From the NCBI RefSeq assembly GCF_001194135.2, contig NC_068990.1:32841808-32895939 (forward strand): a stretch of DNA of 54,132 nt. The letters are read 5' to 3'. The stretch is from Octopus bimaculoides. Its lineage: Eukaryota. Below the pieces are notes generated by a model, which was not told the DNA's origin, made no database searches, and worked only from the letters and a program-made list of their open reading frames with translations. Positions 25,950-37,871 of the stretch are shown here, piece by piece. How positions within the stretch are numbered: position 1 is the first letter of the stretch; every line of letters begins with the position of its first letter. The translations under genes and the position numbers were made by a program.

Positions 25950-26240
25950 CTTTTACTTGTTTCAGTGATTTGACTTCGGCCATGCTGCATTATCTTTAAC
26001 AAATCGATCCCAGGAATTATTCTTTGTCAGCCTAGTACTTCAGCGATGTTGGGGGTGGGGACAAGCACAGACACACAAACACATATATATATATATATAC
26101 ATATATATAACGGGCTTCTTTCAGTTTCTGTCTACCTAATCCACTCACAAGGGTTTGGTCGGTCCAAGGCTATAGTAGAAGACATTTGCCCAAGGTGCCA
26201 TGCAGTGGGACTGAACCTGGAACCATGTGGTTGGTAAGCA
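25950..26240 (-). mobile_element. SINE family B, internally deleted
   Basis: Tail and head motifs of family B in reverse complement, with the middle shortened. Confidence 0.8.
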
Positions 26241-26360
26241 TACAAACAAACAAAAATAGCGTGTTGTTGACGTTGAAATTCCAATGAGGGAACCTTGGAT
26301 CTAGGCTAGAAACCGGTTCTTTCTCTATTGGCAAGAAACCTTGAAATAAACTGAATAATG

Positions 26361-26425
<65 letters not shown>

Positions 26426-26983
26426 TGAACTGAAGAAAAATATAACATTTGTTATTACAAGTTGAAGAATATATACTTTATGGTTACAAAACTGTAGGAG
26501 TGTTGATTATGTTCATGCAAAGCACTTGAAATATTACTATCCAAAACTACCTTATTGAATAAGAAGAACAAGCTATTAGTGAATTGCAACCATAACATTT
26601 TAAGTACATTTAAAAAATCATCATGGGAAACCATATTAATTTGCATATTTTTATGTGAAACTTTATATACATATATGTGTGCTTGTGTGTGTGTTTGTGC
26701 AAGTATGTGTTTGTGCGTGTATACATATGAAATCATAGCTACATATGCATGTGTGTGTGTATGCGTAGCAAATATTTATAGGTTGCAGTACTATAGTGCT
26801 CTTATAATACATCCCCATAAAGTAGGATTTAAGGGGTGCATTAAGTAAATAATACTGTTCCCATCATTAATATTTGGTTTATTCTTGGTTTGCTTGTCAT
26901 TAGCTACACCAGTGGCTGAATAATTAATGTTTCTCTCTATATTAGTGGAAGAGAGATTTGGTCAGCATAGTGTTAGTTTACAG

Positions 26984-27150
26984 CTACTGCTGATGAGGCA
27001 CAAACCATGCTGAAATATCGTGATACAGCTGTTCTACCACTAGAGTCGGACAGTTCTCATCTGTTATCAATATCTCAATCCTTTAATGCATTAAACATCT
27101 GTGAGAAGCTTTCTCAGAACAAATACTGCAGTATTATGGTTTTCTTATAA
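26984..27150 (+). CDS. Candidate exon (xTADEAQTMLKYRDTAVLPLESDSSHLLSISQSFNALNIC...VFL*)
   Basis: ttagtttacag acceptor, open frame to TAA at 27148-27150; possible internal donor gtgaga at 27101. Confidence 0.3.
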
Positions 27151-27283
27151 TACATCCACATTAAGTAGGGTTTAAGGACTGTCACTCAGTAATAACACTG
27201 CGTCCATTGCTAATAATGGATATATATACATATACATACTTATATATAATATATGTTTGCATATGTACACACACACACATCTA

Positions 27284-27351
<68 letters not shown>

Positions 27352-27900
27352 NNNNNNNNNNNNNNNNNNNNNNNNNNNNNNNNNNNNNNNNNNNNNNNNN
27401 NNNNNNNNNNNNNNNNNNNNNNNNNNNNNNNNNNNNNNNNNNNNNNNNNNNNNNNNNNNNNNNNNNNNNNNNNNNNNNNNNNNNNNNNNNNNNNNNNNNN
27501 NNNNNNNNNNNNNNNNNNNNNNNNNNNNNNNNNNNNNNNNNNNNNNNNNNNNNNNNNNNNNNNNNNNNNNNNNNNNNNNNNNNNNNNNNNNNNNNNNNNN
27601 NNNNNNNNNNNNNNNNNNNNNNNNNNNNNNNNNNNNNNNNNNNNNNNNNNNNNNNNNNNNNNNNNNNNNNNNNNNNNNNNNNNNNNNNNNNNNNNNNNNN
27701 NNNNNNNNNNNNNNNNNNNNNNNNNNNNNNNNNNNNNNNNNNNNNNNNNNNNNNNNNNNNNNNNNNNNNNNNNNNNNNNNNNNNNNNNNNNNNNNNNNNN
27801 NNNNNNNNNNNNNNNNNNNNNNNNNNNNNNNNNNNNNNNNNNNNNNNNNNNNNNNNNNNNNNNNNNNNNNNNNNNNNNNNNNNNNNNNNNNNNNNNNNNN
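27352..27900. other. Assembly gap (N)
   Basis: N run between (TA)n arrays. Confidence 1.
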
Positions 27901-27934
<34 letters not shown>

Positions 27935-28693
27935 CGTATGTAATTGTATATGAATGTTGTCATGCACGTGTGTATTTGTATGTATGTTTATATATGCATG
28001 CTTGTGTGTGTATACATGTGTGTGCATACATATATTATACATATTTTATTTTTCTGTTTTTCATGTATGTTTTGCTTGTGACATTATATTCTTTTACTAT
28101 ATTTAGTTTAGATTTTTTTTGTATCAACTGTATGGTATATAGGTTTCAATGTACAATAAAAAAAACAATGTTTCTGCATTTTTAATATCAATTTAGGATC
28201 CAATTACTGAAGAAATAGTAGATATACATATATATACATACAATAAGTTCATTATTGAAACTTATGTGCAATATATCCTTTAAATGTCATATTACTCTAT
28301 GGATTTTTTATGATGTGAACTGATTACGTAATAAGTAAAAACGTTTATTCATAATTCACAGCATTTCCATATTAAGTTTCTTGGTAATGGTTAATTGTTT
28401 GTGTTAAAACATTTTGCCACAATTCCTCATTGAAATTTATACTGTATAAGTGATTAATTTGTGGCACATTTCAGCTGCCAAGCCTGAATAAATTCATTAG
28501 TTAATGTGCTGAGAAGAAAATAAACTTGATGCCAGTTTAAATATGTTTGAGAAATATTTAAACTCATATAAATGCATTTCACTGCAGTTTGTATTGGAGA
28601 AGTATTTTCACTGGAGACAAACATGTGTAAAAAAAAGAGTGTAAAAATGCCAAAGTTAGTTGAGAGCATCCCACCTTTTTGTCTCTGACAAGA

Positions 28694-28731
<38 letters not shown>

Positions 28732-28837
28732 AAATTACCTATGTAAAAGTCAATATGAAGATTACTCCACCCAACAAGAGTTCAATATTACTAAACATTT
28801 CAGCTACATGTATTTATCATAAAAGGTCTGAAATTTT

Positions 28838-28953
28838 GGGGGAAGGGGCCAGTCGATTAGATTGACTCCAGTATGCAACTGGTACTTAATTTACCGACCC
28901 CGAAAGGATGAAAGGCAAAGTTGACCTCAGTGGAATGTGAACTCAGAACGTAA
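28838..28953 (-). mobile_element. SINE family A fragment
   Basis: Reverse complement of the core cctttcggggtcgataaattaagtaccagtt. Confidence 0.8.
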
Positions 28954-29900
28954 TTCCAAGAATAATCCATGATTTCAATGAAGATGATAAGACCAAAATG
29001 TGGAGTTTTGCAAGTAGTACTTGGCAAGATGTGCAGAAGATACACACTTTCCAATGAAGATTGTTTAGAGTGATGAAGTACATTTAAATAAAATGGTTCA
29101 ATTAATCATTACAAATGTACCAACTTGGGACTAGAGAATCTGTATATTATAGAAGAACATTGTATTAATTTACTGGGAGTTACAAAATGGGGTGATATAT
29201 CATCAAAAGGATAAATTGGACTTTTTCTGTGACTAGTCTCATTTACTTGAACTTGCTGTGAGGATCTGTTATGCCTACCATTCAAGAGAGTTTTGAAGAT
29301 TTGGAGTTTTACTTCCAGCAAGATGGGGCACTCCTGTGCTACCATAGTAATGTAAGGGCCTACCTTTATGAGATTTTGCCAAGCAGGTGAATTCGACAAA
29401 GTAGTTCTGTAGAATGACCTCCAAAAGCGGTGAGATGGTAGAATCGTTAGCACGCCAGGCGAAATGCTTAGCGGTATTTTGTCTGCAGTTATGTTCTGAG
29501 TTCAAATTCCGTCACGGTTGACTTTGCCTTTCATCCTTTCGGGGTCGATAAATTAAATATCAGTTACGCATTGGAGTTAATCCCTTTGTCTGTCCTTGTT
29601 TGTCCCCTCTATGTTTAGCCCCTTGTGGGCAATAGAGAAATAACAATGACCTCCATATTCACCAGATCTCAAACCACTAGATGCTTTTTCTGGGGAAACT
29701 TAAAAGTTTACATAACAATACCAACAACAGTCAATGAGCTGAACGCAACCCTTGAACAAGAATCCACACAAATACTGAACAAAATGGTTCTCTATGTTTG
29801 CAATTCTATTACTTTGAATTATCAGCAGTGCCTGGACCTGAAAGGTCAGCAGTTTGAAAACAGGCACAAACATACATAAAAAAATTAAATTCTGTCTGTA
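28954..29900 (+). mobile_element. Tc1/mariner-superfamily transposase pseudogene of DD41D (rosa/Visitor) type, interrupted by a SINE
   Basis: IPRIIHDFNEDD, VEFCK*YLARCAEDTHFPMKIV*SDE, FYFQQDGA, VE*PP[SINE]YSPDLKPLDAFFWGNLK, YQQCLDLKGQQFE. After removing the SINE and one TSD copy, 41 residues separate the 2nd and 3rd Asp. Confidence 0.88.
29424..29644 (+). mobile_element. tRNA-derived SINE family A with 11-bp TSD
   Basis: aatgacctcca at 29413-29423 and 29645-29655; homologous to 34250-34483. Confidence 0.93.
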
Positions 29901-30039
29901 CATTGTATTAAATTTTGAAAATGAAATGTATTTTAATAAACACTGACATTATAATCACTCAAGTTATGCATACATAGTTCTGGGATGTGCAGTATATAAT
30001 ATATATATATATACACACAGTATATTCATCTTTGTTCTA

Positions 30040-30055
30040 TGAGTATGTGTGCATA

Positions 30056-30117
<62 letters not shown>

Positions 30118-30169
30118 TATATATATATATACATACACACATGCACATATATATACATGCATATACATG

Positions 30170-30200
<31 letters not shown>

Positions 30201-30390
30201 GTATGTATGTCTATATAAGTATATATATATATAAATGAATAATTGTGTATATGCATGATTATCTTTTTTGTAGATATATATATATAGGTGTGTGTGTGTG
30301 TGTGTGTGTGCGTATGTGTGTGTGTGTGTTGAAGTGTGTGTATATATGTATGTGTGTGTGTGTGTGTGAATATGTATATGTGTGTGCATA
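30040..30390. repeat. Long compound (TA)/(CA)/(TG) microsatellite field
   Basis: Seen directly; explains ORFs 29964-30484. Confidence 0.95.
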
Positions 30391-31256
30391 TTACAATGAG
30401 AATTGCTGTTTTACAGATATATTGAAAATAATGAATTCACTCTTTATGTATATGTGTGCATGCATAAGAGCATATGTGCAATGAAACACACATATATATA
30501 TACATAAGCACATGCCTCAATAGCTACACATCAAGTTTATAGCTTTTGTTACATATTTCAAACTATTTAGGAAGGAGTTTGATGTAATAAACAGGGGAAT
30601 GGTTTTCTGAAAAATCTGCATTTATAAATGAGAGAATTAGATATAAACCAATGGATTTTCAATAAGTTATTTGCTTTGATACGATACTGCAAATAGATAC
30701 CTTTGTATCGCAGAATTTCTAAAACATCTCTATATTATTACTCGTTTATGATGTTTTTTGTTGCATGTTTTTTTCATTTATTTGATTGTTTTTTCTTAGT
30801 TTTTCATTGAATTTCCAATATACATTTATAGGTGTGGTAGACAGAAGATAATAAATCAGAAATAAGGTTACAAGTTGCTTGAAAGTTCTCGTTGAGGCAG
30901 AAAATTTTATTGTTATGACTAAATCACTCATCTATGGTATTTTATTGTTCTGCCTTCTCATTCAGATCATGCATTTTTCACAAAATACTAACAACCACAA
31001 ACATAGAATCTCACTTTTATAAATTGATCTTGTTCAAGAGCCAATATTTATTTCGGTTCCCTCATAGCTCGAAATATGCTATTATACTTCCAAATTTATC
31101 GAAACATTGACTTCTAAGTATACCTATGAAATCACCTTTTGCAGAAGTCTACCTTTCTTTCTTTCTCCCTACATTTTTTTTCTCTTCTTTATAAACACAC
31201 ATACACATACATAATGTGTATATATGTGCATTTACATGTATGTATGCATGTGTAAG

Positions 31257-31289
<33 letters not shown>

Positions 31290-32312
31290 ATATGAGCTGC
31301 AGTTGTTGGGGATGGCAGTTTGTTTCAATCAGAAATATTTGCCAGAATTTTTGGCATTAATATTTTCCATACAAAATAATAATAATAATAATAATAATAA
31401 AACGATGATGATGATGATAATGATGCTGATGATGATGATGATGGTGATGATTTCTTCATTTTACACCCAAAGTATACTAACATAAGTCATTCAGGTGACC
31501 ACTTGTATGTGTTTCCTCTTCTAAAAAAAATTATTATTTTCAAATATATTATTTTTAAGCAACCTTGGGTTTGAAGTGGAGGTCATCCAAATTCAATTTT
31601 TTAAAAAATTATTTACATTATTTTTCCATTATCTTTCAGCATTGCCTGTCATTAGGCAAGTTTAGTATTTCTTAATGTCATCATATTTTCTAGAGACTTC
31701 CTGTATATTTACCTGAATCATTTTATTTTTATTCCTTCCATTATAACAAGGATTTATTTTATAGAATTGAATCAATCTCAATTTTTAGTAGAAACAGATT
31801 TTTCTTTTAAATCTCTCCTATTTCTAATGCTTTTGCTCCATAATATTCTACTGCAACAATCCCATGTTTACCTTCTAAAATTGTTATCTACTTCATGAAA
31901 AGAAAAAATATGGCCTTGTGGTCCATTTATGATTAGGATTTAGATATTCTTGTATTTTAGTATCGGTTATCATTTGAGATTTTTTTTTCTTTCTACCTTT
32001 CCATTTTATCTAAGCTGAAAGTTAAGGTTTAATATTGTTTCTCCGATGTAGTTTCACTCATAAATCTCAGTCTAGTGCTATTCACAAACACGATACTTAA
32101 ATTACAATGATTGTCATTTTATGAAGCAGACTCTACAATAAAATAAAATCAAAAGAAATTTTGGTGCCTCTTTTCTCAATATATTAAGCCTTTGTTTCTG
32201 TCTTTCTCTCCTTTTCTCTCTGGTGAGTAAATATTCTTTTTCATATCAAATTATTTGCATACACACCATTTTTTTTCCTATTGTTCTTGTTTTCTCCACA
32301 AATATTTATCAG

Positions 32313-32443
32313 AATCTTTCTTCACTGATCTGGTGCTCCCCAAGAGAGATGGTAATATTGAATATGACAACATTATTGATGTATTTATGAAGAGAATAAC
32401 TTCAGAAGCTCTGTTTAGGGAAACTGGCTATCAGTACCAGTGA
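32313..32443 (+). CDS. Candidate terminal coding exon with degenerate EF-hand-like loop (xSFFTDLVLPKRDGNIEYDNIIDVFMKRITSEALFRETGYQYQ*)
   Basis: Long pyrimidine tract ending atttatcag; open frame to TGA; DGNIEY fits EF-loop positions 5-10; AATAAA at 32448-32453. Confidence 0.5.
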
Positions 32444-33062
32444 TCAAAATAAATATTTTTTGAAAGGATTACCTGGCATTTTGTCAAGTAATATTGATGA
32501 TACAGTCCCTTCCCCCACCACACATACAAATACTCACACTCATACACACATATATTGTCAAAGCAATAGGAAACAGTCACATAATATTGATGAAAGAGTA
32601 GCACAAACACACACACACACACACACACTGTTCAAGCAACAGGAAACAGTCGCATAATCAATTAATATGACAGACACATCGCTCATTCAGTTTGTTCTTT
32701 TACTCCATAAAATAACAGCAAACTCATTGCACTGTTGACAAAACTGAACAGCTTTTAGTAGACAAATTCAATAAATGTCAATCTTGAAGGCCTTGAGATA
32801 TTAAATGTGTTACTGCATTGCTACAAAGTTGGTAAAAGACTATTTCTCAATTGTACACACAGATATCAATTTAGATTCTTCTTCTTTATTACGCTCTCAC
32901 ATTTCTCTTCTTACTGTAAGCCTCTAGCAGCAGCATCACCTGCCAATAAATGTGGCATACAATGTCAGACTAGTAGTAGATTAAGAACATAACTCTTGAA
33001 ATTATGGAAGGAAATGAAACACTTGTGATGTGGTAGATTTCAATAATTACTTGGTAATTATT

Positions 33063-33200
33063 ACAGGTGAAAAATGTAAAATGTGTCACCTGATGATGCA
33101 AGTGTAAATGTAAAATATGTCACTTGATTATACAGGTGTAAAAGTAAAATACATTACCTAATGGTACAGGTGTAAATTGAAAAAAAAGTCACCTGACTAT
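33063..33200. repeat. Degenerate ~34-bp tandem repeat x4 with internal inverted CAGGTG...CACCTG
   Basis: Units start (a)caggtg or gcaagtg and end tcacctga, tcacttga or ttacctaa. Confidence 0.8.
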
Positions 33201-33414
33201 GACTAGATTTGAATGTTGGTTGTTTCATTACTTATAAATGAGACACAAATACAAGAAGATAGAATACAGAGGAAGATAAAGAGACTAACAGAAAAAAAAA
33301 GACTACAAAACTATTCTATGTAATCAGGAGAAACATATCTCAAAGAGAGAAATCTTGACAGATAAAAAAAACACTGAATAAAATCTAAAGACAGCAAGTC
33401 ATCGTTGCTGTATC

Positions 33415-33472
33415 GAAGGTGGTGTATATTGAAGGTGGTGTATATTGAAGGTGGTGTATATTGAAGGTGGTG
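33415..33472 (+). repeat. 16-bp tandem repeat gaaggtggtgtatatt x3.6
   Basis: Seen directly, abutting a SINE head. Confidence 0.95.
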
Positions 33473-33790
33473 AGCATTGGGATCACAGTCATGAGTTCAA
33501 TTCCTGGACTGGGCCGTATGTTGTGTTCTTGAGCAAGACACTTTATTTCACTTTGATCTGGTTCACTCAGCTGTAGAAATGAGTTGTGATGTCACTGGTG
33601 CCAGACTGTATTGGCCTTTGGCTTTCCCTTGGATAACATCACTGGCATGGAGAAGGGGTGCTGCTATGTTTGGGAAACTACTGGTTTTCCATAAACAACC
33701 CAACCCAGATTTATGCCTTAGAGGGGAACTTTTTAGGTGCAATCCCATGGTCATTCATGAATGAAGAGGGTCTTTACCCTTTACTCTCAA
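33473..33790 (+). mobile_element. tRNA-derived SINE related to family D
   Basis: gagttcaattcctgg B-box, then ttgagcaagacacttt...ggttcactcagctg shared with 2865-3189; the 3' half differs. Confidence 0.75.
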
Positions 33791-34249
33791 GGTGTATTTA
33801 CATATTGAAAATGGTACTCCCTGGGTATATTAACATACTGAGGGTGGTACTCCCTGGGTGTTACCTGATTTGATAAGCATTCATAAAATAAATACTCCAT
33901 TTGTTTGGCTGGAGAAAGGAGCAGTGCTTAAAGCCTTTGCAGGCCCTTTGAGACCTAAACATTTATTTTTTTCCTCTTCATTGTTTTTTTTTGTTTTTGT
34001 TTCTATACTGACAATTCAACAATGAAGTAGACGTCTCAGTTAGATTGCTTCACCAGCAAGAAATAGCAGTTAGCTTCCTCCATCTTAAAAAAAGGAGGGA
34101 AGCAGTAAATAATGTAGTCCTAGATACACAAAAAGACAGGATGGGATAAAGATTGAATGCCTTTGAGGATAGGTTTATTTGGTCAGTCCTGATCTGTGGG
34201 TAAACAACAACAAATACAAAATAAAAGTAAAAGACATTCAGGTTCATGA

Positions 34250-34483
34250 AGGCGGTGAGCTGGCAGAATCGTTAGCGCGCCAGACGAAATGCTTAACTGT
34301 ATTTCGTCTGCCGTTATGTTCTGAATTCAAATTCCACCGAGGTCAACTTTGCCTTTCATCCTTTCAGGGTCGATAAATTAAGTACCAGTTACACACTGGG
34401 GTCGATGCAATCGACTTAATCCTTTGTCTGTCGTTGTTTGTCTCCTCTATGTTTAGCCCCTTGTGGGCCGTAAAGAAATAAGA
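34250..34483 (+). mobile_element. tRNA-derived SINE family A, full length
   Basis: Head aggcggtgagctggcagaatcgttagc, B-box-like gaattcaaattcc, tail gtttagccccttgtggg..taaagaaataa. Confidence 0.93.
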
Positions 34484-34855
34484 ATCTGTTCATTCAGGCC
34501 AGCTATGGGCAAACTGTGAGACTTTCTGAATGACATGCCTAACAAAAAAATTATCTTAAATTTTTTTAGTAGTGCTGCCTGCCTATTGTTGAGCCATATC
34601 TCTGTTGCCTGCTTCTCAAAAAAGTTTGCTCATGCCTGATTTAGGCAAACTGTATGACACAAGTTCTCTCTATTCTGAGAATGCAACACAATCAATTAAG
34701 TAATGTGTGAACCGATGATATTGTTATCATTAATCAAGCATCATAACTTCTCTACACATATGAACTATGTCAAAATAAATCTTACTTGATATTAGGATCG
34801 ATATTTACAGATGTTGGGACACACAGAAGGGATGACAGGGAACTGAAACTCTTGG

Positions 34856-34980
34856 TAAGGCGGTGAGTTGGCAGAAACGTTAGCATGCTGAGCGAAATGC
34901 TTAGCGGTATTTCGTCTGCCGCTACATTCTGAGTTCAAATTCCTCTCTATGTTTAGCCCCTTGTGGGCAATAAAGGAATA
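34856..34980 (+). mobile_element. SINE family A with internal deletion and 12-bp TSD
   Basis: tgaaactcttgg at 34844-34855 and 34981-34992; head joined directly to tail. Confidence 0.9.
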
Positions 34981-35089
34981 TGAAACTCTTGGCAGTTTGC
35001 TGTGCTCAAAAAGATACATCAAGCTAAGTAAAAGTGTGGTTGCCCTTGCATACAGGCTCATCCCCTGCAACCCTCTCCAGCTGAGTATC

Positions 35090-35320
35090 CCTAATTTTGC
35101 AGGTTCATAGGTGCTGGTGCCACGTAAAAAGCACTCATGTTGGTGCTGCGTAAAAGTACACAGTACACTCTGTAAAGTGGTTGGTATTAAGAAGGGCACC
35201 CAGCCATAGAAACTATGCCAAAACAGACATAGAACCTGAACAGTCCCTCAGCTGGACAGCTCCTGTCACACTGTCCATTCCATACTTTCATGGAAAATGG
35301 ATGTTAAGTGATGATGATGA
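35090..35320 (+). mobile_element. Short repeat family C
   Basis: Same motifs and (GAT)n tail as other family C copies. Confidence 0.8.
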
Positions 35321-35903
35321 CGTAGAACAAGATTTTGTTAAAATGTAACATTCAAAGGTAAGAGGTCAATTTACCTGTCTGCTATTCGGCTGTTGATTAC
35401 AGGTAATATTCTTAGCTAACTGGCACAAGATTTCACAGTTTTAGAGAGTGTATAATTGATTATACTGAACCCAGGGTTTGACTGGTACTAATTTAGTGAT
35501 TGTGGAAGGTTCAAAGTCAAAGTTGAACCTGATAAGATTTGTTCTCATACTTTAAAGGGACATAGCTAAATACTACAAGGCATTTTGTCTATTATTCTAC
35601 CTACTCTGCTAGTCCACCATTCTGATACTCTACCAATTCTACAACTCATTGCCCTGATGTTCTCCTATTTCTACCAACTACTGTTCTAATGCTATACAAA
35701 TTCCAACATTGACCACCAGGATGCTCTGCCAATTCTACCGCTCTCTGTTCATGTGTTCTATCAATTTTGTCATCCACTGTAACCTAGTCAAATGAGGTTG
35801 TTATATTTAAATGTCCTTTGCAAGAATTAACTCTTGTTTATATACTTCGATGCTTTGGCAAATATTTTAATATGAATGCATGTATGTATGTGTGTGTGTG
35901 TGT

Positions 35904-35936
<33 letters not shown>

Positions 35937-36227
35937 CAACTGTGCATTTACTGTGGTGCCCATTCATGTATGTGTCTCTCTTAAACTGTGAAATCATGTG
36001 TCAGATATGACTATTACCTGTAATAGACAGGTACACTGACCTCCTATCTTTGATCATTACACTTTAGCCAAATCTGGTTCTAGATATTGACTTTAATATC
36101 TACTGAGGTTTATTATGACATGTCTTTATTTACTTCATATGCATTGTGAAGTTATGATGCTCAATTAATGATAATAATATCATAGGTATTGTGAGTATAT
36201 TTATGTGTTTGTGTGAGAGAATGTGTA

Positions 36228-36275
<48 letters not shown>

Positions 36276-36429
36276 TGTGTGTGTACCTGAGATTGCTTTG
36301 TGTCACATGTTGGCAAGTATATGAAGTTATAAAGATAAACTGATACATATACATGTATACTCATCACAGCAAATGCATAACTATATACACGCATGTATAC
36401 AAGTGTACATAAAAATCTGTTAGTTGATA

Positions 36430-36765
36430 TGGTAGTGTAGGTGGAGACAGCAATCAATGTTGGTTGTTATGGTAGTGCTGATAGCAGAGACAATGACAGT
36501 GATGTTGATGCTGGTAATGGTGAATTGAGAAAGAGGGATAGAGAGGGTAAGAATGAGAGAATGAGATAACTAAAGATACAGTGATGCCAGTCAGCCTCTC
36601 ACTTCTTGGAATCCTCTATCTTACTTTTCCAATCTTTCTCTTTCTCCATTCATCATCATCAATCCCAGTGTCTTTGCCACTGCCACTACCATAACAACTG
36701 ATGCTGCTGTCTCTGCTATCACCATTATCTTGGCATTTGAGTTACTACACTTACACTACATACAT
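36430..36765. repeat. Degenerate fold-back (inverted repeat, arms ~130-150 bp)
   Basis: ttgttatggtagtg / cactaccataacaa, gatagcagagaca / tgtctctgctatc and gagaaagag / ctctttctc pair across a centre near 36590. Confidence 0.7.
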
Positions 36766-36925
36766 TTTATGAATGTAGGAACAAGGTTATTGGTGTATAG
36801 ATGTTTGTTATGTTTTTTCTTATATGTATTTCTGTATACTAAATGATTACTACTCTTATGGTTAACATATTAAACCAAGTGCACCACTAACTATTTATAC
36901 TACATTTAAGCTGGTCTTATTTTAA

Positions 36926-37144
36926 CCCTTCAGCATTTAAACCGACCATATCTGGCCCATATATGCTAATTTTTTTATGTTCTAACCAGCCAGATCCAGC
37001 CTGTCACACCTACCCTTCAATGCCATTTTCAAAATATACTATCACATCGTTAAAATATCAAAGCTATGAGGTAATACATAATTAATTAAAAACAATGTGA
37101 ATGAAAGAGCAATACATTTGACAGAATGATCTGAATGCTAAGGG
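36926..37144 (+). mobile_element. piggyBac-like MITE family E
   Basis: TTAA, then cccttcagcattt ... tctgaatgctaaggg, then tttaa; homologous to 16783-16995 and 38800-38927. Confidence 0.75.
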
Positions 37145-37481
37145 TTTAAATGCATCTATTATTTTATACTTTTGAGGATTATCTTTATAGTAGTGTTGCC
37201 CATTGCTTTATATGATTATTTTTCAACTCTTCTTATCATTTATTTACTTATTGCATAATAGCCTTACTACACATCCTCTATATATATCTGATTTTGTAAA
37301 AACATATTTTTCCAATGGTACTTGCAAATTTTTTAGTAGTATCTGTTAATTTTTTTAACACTAGTATCAAGATTTAAATTCTATTATCTTATATGAATGT
37401 ATTTTTCATTTATACATTTATGTATGCACATACATCTATATCTGATTACATACATACATATATATACATACATACATACAT

Positions 37482-37565
<84 letters not shown>

Positions 37566-37634
37566 TTGTATGTATGTATAGATATAAATATAAATGTGTG
37601 TGTGTGTATGTATAGATATAAATATAAATGTGTG

Positions 37635-37677
<43 letters not shown>

Positions 37678-37871
37678 CACCCATTTTTCCATGCTAGCAC
37701 GAGTTGTATTCGGAGTTGAGTTAGCATTTTATAGTAGGGTACCCTTCCTGTTGCCAATGCTTACATATTTTTGAATCAAAATATTTTATTCCACTGGTCT
37801 TCAAAAACAGAGAGTGCACAGGAACATAATTATGCACATAATTAATATGTGCATGTGTGTGCATATTATTA

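Noticed and set aside
29109-29453. 114-aa minus-strand ORF
   Set aside because: Antisense shadow of the DD41D transposase pseudogene.
32189-32222. Mini-exon ending ctg/gtgagt upstream of the EF-hand exon
   Set aside because: The putative exon is just a CT-rich tract (PLFLSFSPFLS) with a poor acceptor.
33415-33472. Regularly spaced repeats as a CRISPR array (also 33063-33200)
   Set aside because: Units are contiguous with no unique spacers, there are no cas genes, and the context is eukaryotic.
34792-35199. 135-aa minus-strand ORF
   Set aside because: Runs antisense through a family C repeat and a SINE A copy.
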